A stretch of DNA of 64,000 nt, from positions 25,192 to 89,191 of the forward strand of contig JBAWZC010000003.1 in assembly GCA_037143235.1 (NCBI GenBank), in the 5' to 3' direction. The translations under genes were made by a program, and so were the position numbers. Shown here one piece after another: positions 1 to 9,374 of the stretch. The DNA is from Candidatus Berkelbacteria bacterium (lineage in GTDB: Bacteria > Patescibacteriota > UBA1384 > XYA2-FULL-43-10 > 1-14-0-10-43-13). Every line of letters starts with the position of its first letter. Position 1 is the first letter of the stretch. The notes under the pieces were generated by a model, which did not search any database, was not told where the DNA came from, and saw only the letters and a list, made by a program, of their open reading frames with translations.

Positions 1-845
1 GATAATTTGTTATTTGGAAATAGTCCTATCAGGGTTACCACTAGCGCCAGCAACACCGCAAATGATATCAGTATCCTGCGAACCTTTTGACCCAATCTTA
101 CATAAAGAAAGATGAACAGGGACAAAAGCAGTCCGAGCAGCGCAGCGCGAGAAAAGGAGAAAAAGATGGCCAGAAAGAATACTACAGAAAACAAAACAGG
201 CAACTTTTTTGACCTATTTTCGATAATATCACTGATACTAAGGAAAAACGTCGGTAAAAGATATGACCCAAGTTGATTCGCACCTAGCAAAAACGAAGCG
301 CTACGCTGGATGTTACTACTCCCGACCAGAAATGTGCCATACGAGTTTTCAATGTTCGGGATGATTAATTGCCAATAATTCAGTGGGAACAATCTCTCAA
401 TCAGCGCCCACAGAGCCACGACAAATGCGACCCAAAGATATATTCTAATCATTTTTTTCAGATCACAAGCTTGTCCAAAGACAGAAGCGGAGAAAAGAAG
501 TGCAATCGACAAAAGAGTAAAACGGAAACCTTCAACTCCCTGGCGCCAGCTCGGAGAAATAAAAAATATCGAAATCAAACCGAGTGCCATCAGACAAATT
601 GAAAAAAAACGCCAGTCCAAAAAAGACTTTCGGTTGAAATTCAGCAAATATTTGATGAAAGCCACCAGAGACAATACAACAATGACAAGATCATAGAAAT
701 GCAAATACGGGAATTCCGGTAAATCAAACCCAGAAACTGACAGGAAATAATACCAAAGCAGGTGACCAAATGGCAGAAAAATAATCAAAAACATGAAAAA
801 GATTGAGATTGTTTGAGAAAAATTAAACTTTGGCAATAATTTCAT
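1..845 (-). CDS. O-antigen ligase (Wzy_C)-like membrane protein, 3' end outside window
   Basis: Not in ORF track (runs off edge). Manual translation from ATG at 845 gives MKLLPKFNFSQ...RIYLWVAFVVALWALIE...IQRSASFLLGANQLGSYL...SFSRAALLGL; the R..S...N.LG and SRAA motifs are typical of this family. Confidence 0.75.
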   Translation of the reverse strand, partial: MKLLPKFNFSQTISIFFMFLIIFLPFGHLLWYYFLSVSGFDLPEFPYLHFYDLVIVVLSLVAFIKYLLNFNRKSFLDWRFFSICLMALGLISIFFISPSWRQGVEGFRFTLLSIALLFSASVFGQACDLKKMIRIYLWVAFVVALWALIERLFPLNYWQLIIPNIENSYGTFLVGSSNIQRSASFLLGANQLGSYLLPTFFLSISDIIENRSKKLPVLFSVVFFLAIFFSFSRAALLGLLLSLFIFLYVRLGQKVRRILISFAVLLALVVTLIGLFPNNKL

Positions 846-2058
846 GTTCTTTCTTCTCGTATATAATTTTAATAGCGATGATCAACCAAAAAATCATCGA
901 CAAATCATTTTTGAAATAAGTTGTATCAAAAAGCCCATGAATCAAGATGGCGGTCATCGCCGACAGGACAAGGCCAGCCTGAAATCTATCCCTGGAATAA
1001 ATCTCATATCGATAAAATCGAATAAGAATGATTAAAAATACAATAAAACCGGCCAAACCAAGATTAAGCCACATTGCCAGAAAAACATTATGAGGATGCA
1101 CGGCATACGGTAATTTATAAAATTGAAAGTCACCATCATCCTTGGTAATAACATCAACTGCTTGGTGATATTCACCCAAACCAACGCCAAGGATAGATCG
1201 CTGTTTGATCAGCTCGACGGAGTAATGATAAATAACCAAACGAGAGCTATTGCTAATCGCCCTAGAAGAATCCTTGGTATTCAGGAAACCATAAAGACCA
1301 TAAACCAAAACTATACCCAGGGCCAGAGCTACGAACAAGGCTTTTTTGTTTTTATGCCAGACAAATTCGTTGATGACATACACCATCGCCCCCGCGATCA
1401 AGGCCAAGAGACCAGCTCTCGAGCCAGAAAAATATATCGCGACAGAGGGAATAATAAAAGTTAGTAACAAAACCACCTTCTTGTATCTCGTTTTGACAAA
1501 CTGAAAAATTGGGATCGAGAGAAAAATCATCGGCGCCAGATACATTGCCAAAAAATTTGGCGAATTGAAAGGACCAAGGGCTCGCAGTGGGTGCTGCATA
1601 TATTGGACAATCTCGATATCCTGGGTCTGGTAAAACAACGCGCCGATAATACGCATCTTTTGCAAAATTGCCCAGACTGAGACGATCATCATCGAGGCAA
1701 AAAAAGATATCGACAATTTCTTTACCTCGTCTGCCTTAAAAAGATTTATCACCAGCAAATACATTATTATTGGTGCAGCAAACCAGCCTTTCAGCACTCC
1801 AAGAGCTTGCAATCGATCGCCCGCGATGAAAGTCGAGATCATCGCGCAAAGTAGAAAGAGATATGGCCAGATCGGTCCGAAAACCAATTTCTGTCGATCT
1901 CTCAGCAAGAAATAAATGGTTGAAATAAACGATACCAGTACTGAAACCTCCAGTATGTTGGTTGGCACGCCGAAAACTTTGAAACGAAAGATGTAAAATG
2001 GAACTAGAAAAACGCTAATGTAGACGCAGTATTTGGAAAAAGTTTTTGGATTTATCAT
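823..2058 (-). CDS. O-antigen ligase family protein
   Basis: Multi-TM; RALGPFNSPNFLAMYL, SGSRAG, GVGLG and HPHNVFL motifs. Confidence 0.9.
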   Translation of the reverse strand: MINPKTFSKYCVYISVFLVPFYIFRFKVFGVPTNILEVSVLVSFISTIYFLLRDRQKLVFGPIWPYLFLLCAMISTFIAGDRLQALGVLKGWFAAPIIMYLLVINLFKADEVKKLSISFFASMMIVSVWAILQKMRIIGALFYQTQDIEIVQYMQHPLRALGPFNSPNFLAMYLAPMIFLSIPIFQFVKTRYKKVVLLLTFIIPSVAIYFSGSRAGLLALIAGAMVYVINEFVWHKNKKALFVALALGIVLVYGLYGFLNTKDSSRAISNSSRLVIYHYSVELIKQRSILGVGLGEYHQAVDVITKDDGDFQFYKLPYAVHPHNVFLAMWLNLGLAGFIVFLIILIRFYRYEIYSRDRFQAGLVLSAMTAILIHGLFDTTYFKNDLSMIFWLIIAIKIIYEKKEHEIIAKV

Positions 2059-2073
2059 AGAGTGATTATAACA
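2059..2073 (-). promoter_or_regulatory. Extended -10 element 6 nt before start codon (leaderless-type promoter)
   Basis: Minus strand TGtTATAAT-cactct-ATG. Confidence 0.6.
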
Positions 2074-2159
2074 AAGAATATCAGAGGTTTCTAGTTTGCC
2101 TAGGACGACTTAAACTGAAATAGATATTTTATTTATCAACAGACCAAGGACTATTTTTT

Positions 2160-2168
2160 TGCTATAAT
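2160..2168 (+). promoter_or_regulatory. Extended -10 promoter element
   Basis: TGcTATAAT 18 nt upstream of ATG 2187. Confidence 0.5.
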
Positions 2169-2186
2169 AGGAAAGAAGGAATATTT

Positions 2187-3182
2187 ATGCCTAAAATTTT
2201 TAAGTTCTTTGCGGGGATGATGGCGATTGCCTCGCTCATTTCTTTCCCGATGAACGCGGTGGCGGCAGACGGACAGGTCAGCCTCGTTACTGTTTCATCG
2301 AGGCAGGTTAGCGGCAATGGCACTGTTTTCTATGGCAAAACTGTTGCTCAGCTCATCGCCGACGAAAGCAACGAGCACAACATCAACCCTCGGATGATTT
2401 TGGCGATACTACAGAGAGAAAGCTCGTCAATCACTCAAACCTCACCAAGCAGCGAAACAGTACGAACTTGGCCAATGTTCTATATGTATGACGAGAGAAT
2501 GGCGACTTGCCTGAATCAAAAAGATCCTAACTACTGCTCCGATGCACTTTATGGCAATGCGACTTATCTAGAGAGAGCCAATGTCTTTGGCGGTCTTGGT
2601 CACCAGATAGCCTACTCGGTTTACAATTTTGACACGATGTACAACAAATACGCCTCGAGCGGCAACTACAGTAACGACACAACAGTAGACGGGACGATCA
2701 TCAACCCAGCCAACATTGCCACCAAAGTACTATACGCCTACACACCTCACATATCTGCTTACAATACTAACTCGAACTTCTGGACATATTACACCAAGTG
2801 GTGGGGAGCCCCAAACGGCGGTGTCAATAATATTAACAACATCTTCTCCAATGATGACTTCCGCAATTCAAGTCCGATGACCGGCACTCAGATAAATGAT
2901 TGGCTGAAAAGCGTGCCTGGCGCTGGACGCAGTTGGCTGGCAGATTATGTAATATCAGAATACATTGCGGTTCCATATCCCTCTGTCGCCGGCGGCGCCG
3001 TCAATACCCCACCACCAGTTCCTGGTGATTTCAATGGCGATCGTACGGTAGAAATTCTTGATTTATCGATGTTTGCAAGTTATTGGGGCCAAACTGATCC
3101 AGGCAATCCCCTTGTCGATATGAACAGAGACGGAGTCGTCGATATTGTCGACCTGTCGATGTTAGCAAGTTATTGGAAATAA
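2187..3182 (+). CDS. Secreted protein: lysozyme-like/cell-wall domain plus C-terminal dockerin type I domain
   Basis: Signal peptide; AQLIADESNEHNINPRMILAILQRESS and ATKVLYAYTPH motifs; duplicated Ca-loop GDFNGDRTVEILDLSMFASYW / DMNRDGVVDIVDLSMLASYW. Confidence 0.75.
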   Translation: MPKIFKFFAGMMAIASLISFPMNAVAADGQVSLVTVSSRQVSGNGTVFYGKTVAQLIADESNEHNINPRMILAILQRESSSITQTSPSSETVRTWPMFYMYDERMATCLNQKDPNYCSDALYGNATYLERANVFGGLGHQIAYSVYNFDTMYNKYASSGNYSNDTTVDGTIINPANIATKVLYAYTPHISAYNTNSNFWTYYTKWWGAPNGGVNNINNIFSNDDFRNSSPMTGTQINDWLKSVPGAGRSWLADYVISEYIAVPYPSVAGGAVNTPPPVPGDFNGDRTVEILDLSMFASYWGQTDPGNPLVDMNRDGVVDIVDLSMLASYWK

Positions 3183-3197
3183 ATAGGATAAATTAAC

Positions 3198-3290
3198 CTA
3201 AGGGTTCTTCTCCTTTTCAAGGAGAAGTTAGATGAGGTTTCTTCTTAAACATTAAACCTCACCCCTGCCTCTCCTTGAAAAGGAGAGGGG
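3198..3290. repeat. Palindromic repeat, CTCCTTTTCAAGGAGA double-hairpin type; inverted copy at 38460-38583
   Basis: ttctccttttcaaggagaa...gaggttt..aaacctc...cctctccttgaaaaggagagg. Confidence 0.85.
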
Positions 3291-3292
3291 TA

Positions 3293-3365
3293 AACCAATA
3301 ACTAAATAATCAAATATTCAATAAATGAATAAATGTCTAATTGATTAAATGAATAAATTAATAAT
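3293..3365. repeat. Degenerate ~8-bp periodic AAAT repeat arm
   Basis: aataaatgaataaatgtctaattgattaaatgaataaatt; related arms at 29725-29800, 30880-30952, 38420-38462. Confidence 0.6.
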
Positions 3366-3386
3366 TATATAAATCGAAGGAAAATT

Positions 3387-4682
3387 ATGAATAAAATTAG
3401 ATCAATCGCAGCCGGGCTGCTGCTCTCTGCTATCACCATTTTCAGCCTGCCGACTTCGGCTTGGGCCGATGGAAGCATCAGTGCTTCTGGGGGCGGGACG
3501 AAAACTGTTGGTGACACCTTCAATATCACTGTAGCAGCCAAAGGTGCCGAATTTGATACCCTACAAGGCACAATTTCAGTCTCCGGACCAGTCGATATTG
3601 TTTCGTTTTCGGCTGGAAATGCGACCTGGATGCCTGGGTACTCACCCTCAAATGGCAAACAGTTTGTCGGCATGGTTAGCGCCACCTCCTCTTTCACTGT
3701 TGCGACGATCAGACTTCGCGCCAAAAGTATTGGCAGCGGCTCAGTCTCTGTTTCTGGCGCCAAGATGGTTAGAACGACTGGCGGGGTAGCCTCAGTCGTC
3801 GGCACTGGTACTGACGGAACGACTTTTACGATTCAACGAGCTCTTGTCACCCCGGGACAAATCACTGTCACTTCCTCCTCTCACCCAGATCAAAGCACCG
3901 CCTATGAAGCGACAACCATCGCCCTTGCGTGGGATAAGGGTAGTGGCGTGACTGATTTTTCCTATTTGCTGGACCAAGCCGCCGACACGACCCCTCCAAC
4001 AACCGCAACTTCCGCCGACACTTCGATCTCCTACCCAGACAAAGCCATCGGTGAATATTATTTCCATATCCGAGCAAAAAATGGCGACGGTTGGGGACCA
4101 ACAACAACTTTCAAAATTACGATCAAAGAGCCAGATGCCAAAATTGACGAAACACTTACCAAACCAACCATTTCTTCCATTGAAAAAACGGCTGATTTTT
4201 CGAACAATATTGCCGAGGGTAATATCAGCGGTATCAAGATCAAGGGCAAAACAATTGCCGGCTACACCGCTAATATTATTCTTGCTCCGTCGGTCTCGGT
4301 GCCCGAAGGAAAAAGTTTGTCTGCGATGGCTGATGCCAATGGCGATTTCGAACTTTTGATCGACTATCCAATCAATTCTGGTTTCTACAAATTGACTGTA
4401 CAAGGCCAGCTGAACAAGGTTTTGACACCGGTAAGTGATCCTACCATCTTCGAAATCTCCCAAGCTAAAGGCGGGAAAATCACACTTTTAACCTCAGCTG
4501 ACGAAAAAGAACCAATAATCCCAGTCAAAAAATGGTGGGAAAAAATCAACTATATGAACCTGTCGATCGGCTTGGCAGCGCTTTTCTTTATCGCTCTTGG
4601 TTTCAGCCTATACCTGCTGGTCAAGAATAGATCCATGAGTAAAGTCTGGAAAGGTGTGGCTGAGAAGATGAACCTCAAATAA
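3387..4682 (+). CDS. Membrane-anchored surface protein with N-terminal cohesin-like domain and Ig/FN3-like domains
   Basis: Signal peptide; KTVGDTFNITV...VATIRLRAKSIGSGSVSV cohesin-like beta pattern; GEYYFHIRAKNGDGWG FN3-like; C-terminal TM with basic tail. Confidence 0.7.
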   Translation: MNKIRSIAAGLLLSAITIFSLPTSAWADGSISASGGGTKTVGDTFNITVAAKGAEFDTLQGTISVSGPVDIVSFSAGNATWMPGYSPSNGKQFVGMVSATSSFTVATIRLRAKSIGSGSVSVSGAKMVRTTGGVASVVGTGTDGTTFTIQRALVTPGQITVTSSSHPDQSTAYEATTIALAWDKGSGVTDFSYLLDQAADTTPPTTATSADTSISYPDKAIGEYYFHIRAKNGDGWGPTTTFKITIKEPDAKIDETLTKPTISSIEKTADFSNNIAEGNISGIKIKGKTIAGYTANIILAPSVSVPEGKSLSAMADANGDFELLIDYPINSGFYKLTVQGQLNKVLTPVSDPTIFEISQAKGGKITLLTSADEKEPIIPVKKWWEKINYMNLSIGLAALFFIALGFSLYLLVKNRSMSKVWKGVAEKMNLK

Positions 4683-4716
4683 GTGAATTACGAATCAGGA
4701 ATCATGAATTATGGAT
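4682..4716. repeat. Heptamer tandem arm (NNNGAAT x5), left arm of four-helix-bundle cassette
   Basis: agtgaat tacgaat caggaat catgaat tatggat. Confidence 0.8.
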
Positions 4717-5091
4717 GAAAACAAAACAATAAAATCTTTCGCAGACTTAAATTCATGGAAAGAATCTCGCAAATTGGCAGTAAAAGTATATGAAGTTACC
4801 AAGAAATACCCAAAAGAAGAGATGTTTGGACTGACAAACCAATCTAGGAGATGCGCCGTTTCGATTTCATCAAATATAGCAGAGGGATTTAGCAGACAAT
4901 CATACAAAGAAAAAGTACAATTTTACTCAATATCTCTTGGGTCAACAACAGAGTTACAAAGCCAACTTTTGATCGCTAAGGATGTCGGATTTCTTGATAC
5001 TATTGACTACAATAGCTTGATTAATCAGTCAATAATTGTACATAAATTACTTAACGGGTTAGTAAAAAGCTCCAAAAACCATGATTCATAA
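4711..5091 (+). CDS. Four helix bundle protein (23S rRNA IVS / Avd-like family)
   Basis: SFADLNSWKES...YPKEEMFGLTNQSRRCAVSISSNIAEGFSR...SLGSTTELQSQL. Confidence 0.92.
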   Translation: MDENKTIKSFADLNSWKESRKLAVKVYEVTKKYPKEEMFGLTNQSRRCAVSISSNIAEGFSRQSYKEKVQFYSISLGSTTELQSQLLIAKDVGFLDTIDYNSLINQSIIVHKLLNGLVKSSKNHDS

Positions 5092-5111
5092 TTCATTATT
5101 CAAAATTCTAA
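5084..5111. repeat. Heptamer tandem arm (ATTCNNN x4), right arm, reverse complement of left arm
   Basis: attcata attcatt attcaaa attctaa. Confidence 0.8.
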
Positions 5112-5126
5112 AATCCAAAGGATTTT

Positions 5127-6386
5127 ATGTTTAATCGCAAAGCGATTCTCTGGAACACCTTTTCTCAAGTCCTCGTCCGACTGGTCACTTTGGTGTTGAC
5201 ACTGATTTCGATCAAAATACTCGCTCGCTACATCGGCGTCGAAGGTGTCGGTAATTACAACGCGATCACGACCTATGTAAACTTTTTCATCGTCATCGCC
5301 GATCTCGGTCTATTTGCTGTGACTGTTCGAGAAATTGCCAAAAATCCAAATCTGGAGAAAAAGATTATTTCCAATGTCTTCACGATCAGAGCCGTAACTG
5401 CAGCTCTAGCCTGTCTGGTGGTAGTCGGAATTTTATTTTTTACCCCGTATCGCCACAATCCTGATATTTTCTACGGTTCTATCATCGCCTGTGGTTTCCT
5501 TTTTTTCAATCTACTCGGTAGCGTCTACGATATGGTCCTCCAATACCGCCTACAGATGCCCTATTCGGCTCTAGCAGAGTTTCTGAGCAAGTTTCTCTCC
5601 ATAGTGGCAATAGCGACCGTCGTCACACTCAGAGGCAATTTTCTCTGGGTCGCTGCCACGATCGCGATCTACGGCTTGTTTATCTTTGTTTTCAAGTGGC
5701 TTTTCTCTCGTCAATTCATCAAGTTTGGCTTTGAACACGATCGCAAATTTACCAAATGGATACTAGAAATGGCTTGGCCGATGGGCATCGTCTTCATCTT
5801 GAATAATCTTTACTTCAAACTCGACACACTCATGCTCTATGTTCTAAAAGGTGCAGCAGCTGTCGGTATCTACTCAGTCTCCTACAAAGTCCTCGAGGTT
5901 ACAGCTTTTATTGGCTCTTATTTCTCGAGTGCCCTAAAGCCCGCCCTGGCTCAAAACCTAAATACAGCCGAGCAAAGAAAAAATGTCGCCAGAATATTGA
6001 AAAAATCAGCCCTATTACTCTCTGGTCTCGGGCTACTAATTGCACTGATTTGTACAGCCTTTTCTGAGCCAATTCTCCGCTTGATTAGCTCGGACGAATT
6101 TGTCGCCGGCAAAGACGCTTTGATCGTCCTCTCTTTCACCCTGCCGCTGATCTTCCTGAACTATCTGATGGCCGAAGTGATGATTGCGGCTGACAAACGC
6201 AAAACTATGTTGAAGGTGACTGGCTTCATCCTGCTTTTCAACTTAATCTTGAACCTGATCTTCATCCCCCGTTACTCATACATCGCTGCAGCTTGGACCA
6301 CACTCGCTTCAGAGCTTGTCTTGGTGGTGGTCAATTACATAATTTCGAAAAATATACTCAGAGGAAAAGTCGAAAAAAGCCAATAA
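5127..6386 (+). CDS. Wzx-type polysaccharide flippase
   Basis: Multi-TM; LARYIGVEGVGNY, ADLGL, KLDTLML..VGIYSVSYK, LNLIFIPRYSYIAAAWTTLASE. Confidence 0.9.
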   Translation: MFNRKAILWNTFSQVLVRLVTLVLTLISIKILARYIGVEGVGNYNAITTYVNFFIVIADLGLFAVTVREIAKNPNLEKKIISNVFTIRAVTAALACLVVVGILFFTPYRHNPDIFYGSIIACGFLFFNLLGSVYDMVLQYRLQMPYSALAEFLSKFLSIVAIATVVTLRGNFLWVAATIAIYGLFIFVFKWLFSRQFIKFGFEHDRKFTKWILEMAWPMGIVFILNNLYFKLDTLMLYVLKGAAAVGIYSVSYKVLEVTAFIGSYFSSALKPALAQNLNTAEQRKNVARILKKSALLLSGLGLLIALICTAFSEPILRLISSDEFVAGKDALIVLSFTLPLIFLNYLMAEVMIAADKRKTMLKVTGFILLFNLILNLIFIPRYSYIAAAWTTLASELVLVVVNYIISKNILRGKVEKSQ

Positions 6387-6475
6387 GCCAGGCAGCTGGT
6401 AAGTGTTTAAGATTGTTAGCTTTCTTTTTGTCGTTGCGGACTGGTCCGCCACACTTGTAACCAAAATCGCTTGTT

Positions 6476-6832
6476 TCATTTGTGCTCTGATATTTTGAAC
6501 AATATTAATAAATATCTGACGAGAAAAAATACTGCCACTGTAGAGCCGAAGATTGAGATTATTGACAAAATAATGCCATAACTCATCGGTAAGTGCCTTG
6601 AGACAAGATGCTGATATGGAGTTGGAATAATTTTGAGAAAAAATAAACCCGCTGTTCCCAAAGCCGCCACGAAATAAAATCTGGTTTTAATGTCCAGCTC
6701 GATCAATAGTCCGCACGCAACGATAACAGCCAAAAATAAAAAAACACGAAGTCGACCAAAAGCAGGCATGGCTGCAACTGTGACTATATATATTGCAATT
6801 ACCGAGTAAATTATTTTTTGAATCTTTGTCAT
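6476..6832 (-). CDS. Small hypothetical membrane protein
   Basis: About 4 TM segments; start overlaps stop of upstream gene (ATGA). Confidence 0.7.
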   Translation of the reverse strand: MTKIQKIIYSVIAIYIVTVAAMPAFGRLRVFLFLAVIVACGLLIELDIKTRFYFVAALGTAGLFFLKIIPTPYQHLVSRHLPMSYGIILSIISIFGSTVAVFFLVRYLLILFKISEHK

Positions 6833-8223
6833 TTTACCTTAAATATTTTAACACCATCGTGATCATAAATGAGAGAGTAATTGTCACTCACAATCGCTGG
6901 AATTTGGTCAACTTCTGCGTAGTATATTTCGTTGAAGTTTAATCCCGTTGGCAACACATCTGTCTTTTGGAAAACCGACAAATTTTCTATAGAGCCAACA
7001 TCAGTCAATGCCTTGATCCAAATCTGGCGTTTGTGTGTTGCAGTTACAACAACACTACTGTCTGAATTTCGTTGCAACCAGTCGATTGCTTCCCTGTCTC
7101 CTATAGTCATACTGTCATTGGCCGCAACATTATTCACTTGATATGAGGTAATAATATTGTTACCACGAAAATGTGGCCACAATGCCACAATACCAATTAA
7201 TATTGTCAGTCCGATCGAGTAAAATCTACCGAGTTTCATTGTCTCGACAAAATGCTTCACCCCAAGGGAGATAAATATGGCTAGGGCTATATCAAGATAC
7301 GGGAAAAATCGAAATACAAGGAAGCGAACCCCGAATATCTGGTTCATTGACATAAACAGCGCGACAAATAACAGCAAATACAATACTTTGATGTAACGAC
7401 TTGACCAATTTTTGGTCGAGATCACGACTCCGATCAAGGCAAAAACAAGAGAGAAGGTTCGCAATGGATCGTTGTTGATGAGTACTTCCCAGAGTGGCCG
7501 TTCGCCCCAACCGATTCTCTCAGGATTTATGAAATCACGAAATTTGACCAAAATTGCTGGATCGACCAGATAACACACTACAATCGCACCAATATAAATT
7601 CCGCCAATAATAAGAATATACTTGCGACCTTGCTTTTCAAATATCATAAGGACGAAATACAACATAAAAATCAGGGCAAAAATCGTAAAAGAAAAAGGAT
7701 GGCTAAAAGCTAAAAATGCGCTCGAAAGAACTGTAAGTAAAATATTACCGGAAGCGAGAAAATATAGCGTCCAAATCAAAACTATCCAACCGAAAGATTC
7801 AGCAAAAAGCCCCATCCGCAGACTATCGACGGACCAACAACCCAAAGCAAAAGCGGCCGCGCCGACAAAAGAATAAAGATTGCTCTTCGTCATCTTTTTG
7901 ATAAAGAAAAAAAGACTCACGGAGGCCAAAAACAGTTGAGTCGAAATCTGTAAAACAAAAAGAGTTGGTGCCGAAAGATGACTAATGCTATGGAAGAATT
8001 TAAAGATAGAAAGCGGCATTGGATACGAAAGTATCTTAAACATCTCTCTGTAGCTGTATATGTGAATATACTGGATATGAATCGCGGGGTCATCACCAGT
8101 TGGAAAACCATTGGTGATCAAAGCGTACTGAGAAGATAGAAATGCCAATGTCAAAAAGGCAATCACATAAAAAAGCCAACGCCAATGAATAATAAATTTA
8201 AGAACTTTCTCTGTATTCTTCAC
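6829..8223 (-). CDS. Polytopic membrane protein, probable GT-C fold glycosyltransferase
   Basis: GDDPAIH acidic motif after TM1, many TMs, RFFPY, C-terminal soluble domain; next to GT2/DUF2304. Confidence 0.65.
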   Translation of the reverse strand: MKNTEKVLKFIIHWRWLFYVIAFLTLAFLSSQYALITNGFPTGDDPAIHIQYIHIYSYREMFKILSYPMPLSIFKFFHSISHLSAPTLFVLQISTQLFLASVSLFFFIKKMTKSNLYSFVGAAAFALGCWSVDSLRMGLFAESFGWIVLIWTLYFLASGNILLTVLSSAFLAFSHPFSFTIFALIFMLYFVLMIFEKQGRKYILIIGGIYIGAIVVCYLVDPAILVKFRDFINPERIGWGERPLWEVLINNDPLRTFSLVFALIGVVISTKNWSSRYIKVLYLLLFVALFMSMNQIFGVRFLVFRFFPYLDIALAIFISLGVKHFVETMKLGRFYSIGLTILIGIVALWPHFRGNNIITSYQVNNVAANDSMTIGDREAIDWLQRNSDSSVVVTATHKRQIWIKALTDVGSIENLSVFQKTDVLPTGLNFNEIYYAEVDQIPAIVSDNYSLIYDHDGVKIFKVK

Positions 8224-8352
8224 ACATCAATGATATCAGTTATTGCATTTTTTGTGTACCACTATAAATCGCAACCGGCAAGTCGTCTCCAAGAGTTTGC
8301 TCACATAATGCAAATGTGATACTTTATTGTTAGTAAAATAATTGCTAAATAT

Positions 8353-9042
8353 ATGAAGTTAGCCATCGTCATACCGGCGCACAACGAAGCCACCGTGATT
8401 GCGGAAGTGATCAAGAAACTTCCCAAAAATATCAAAGGTGTCGACGAGATAATCTCTATCGTGATCGATGATGGATCTTCCGATGGGACTTTTCTTATTG
8501 CCGACAAATGCGCTAACTATGCCGTCAAGCACGTCATCAATATGGGGGTTGGGGCTGCAACGACGACAGGGTTTGAGGCTGCGAAAAAGCTGGAGGCCGA
8601 CATTATCGTCACCTTGGACGCCGACGGCCAACACAATCCTGACGATGTCGAAAAATTGATACGACCAATATTGGAAAATAGGGCCGATGTTGTCACTGGC
8701 ACACGAATGCTGAATACCGCAGGCATGCCATTTTTCAAAATATTTGGCAACTGGCTAATGAACTTCCTGACATTTATGGTTTTTCACAAATGGTCATCTG
8801 ACAGTCAATCGGGCATGAGAACTTTCAACAAAAAAGCAATCAGCAAGATGTGTTTCCACGCAATTGGCTATGAGATTTGCTCAGAAATCATGGGGGAGGT
8901 CAAGAGAAATAAATTGAGATTTACCGAAGTGCCGATCGAAGTGATCTACACCAAATATTCAAATACCACCGGCCAAAGCTGGCTCAATGCCGTCAATATC
9001 CTGACGAAAATAATTAATATTAAATTCACGGGCAAAAAATGA
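8353..9042 (+). CDS. GT2 polyprenol-phosphate glycosyltransferase (DPM synthase-like)
   Basis: IPAHNEA, IDDGSSDGT, NMGVGAA, LDADGQH, DSQSGMR. Confidence 0.92.
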   Translation: MKLAIVIPAHNEATVIAEVIKKLPKNIKGVDEIISIVIDDGSSDGTFLIADKCANYAVKHVINMGVGAATTTGFEAAKKLEADIIVTLDADGQHNPDDVEKLIRPILENRADVVTGTRMLNTAGMPFFKIFGNWLMNFLTFMVFHKWSSDSQSGMRTFNKKAISKMCFHAIGYEICSEIMGEVKRNKLRFTEVPIEVIYTKYSNTTGQSWLNAVNILTKIINIKFTGKK

Positions 9043-9374
9043 TTTTAACCATAGTTCGCATCATCGCAATTATCCTAAGTTTGGTCTCGATAACCAAGAC
9101 TTATTATGATCTTAAAAAACATACGGAATCGATAACGATGTTCATATTTTGGCTCTTGGTTTGGGGCGCAGTCATCGTTGCCGCCCTCTTCCCGATTAAT
9201 ATCATGCAAATCGCGGCGAATATTGGCCAAAAAGGTATCGGCATAGGTACATTTCTTGGGCTTGTACTTGTCTTTCTCCTCTTTGTCATCTACCGAGTCT
9301 ACGTAAAAGCCAACAGAATAGAAAAGCAAGTTCGCGATATGGTTATGAAGCTTGGACTCAAAGATGTTGAGTAA
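9039..9374 (+). CDS. DUF2304-like small membrane protein
   Basis: 3 TMs with FIFWLLVW and GIG motifs, coiled C-terminus; coupled to GT2. Confidence 0.75.
   Translation: MILTIVRIIAIILSLVSITKTYYDLKKHTESITMFIFWLLVWGAVIVAALFPINIMQIAANIGQKGIGIGTFLGLVLVFLLFVIYRVYVKANRIEKQVRDMVMKLGLKDVE

Noticed and set aside
4711-5091. Diversity-generating retroelement or 23S rRNA IVS
   Set aside because: No reverse transcriptase, TR/VR pair or rRNA sequence seen in the window
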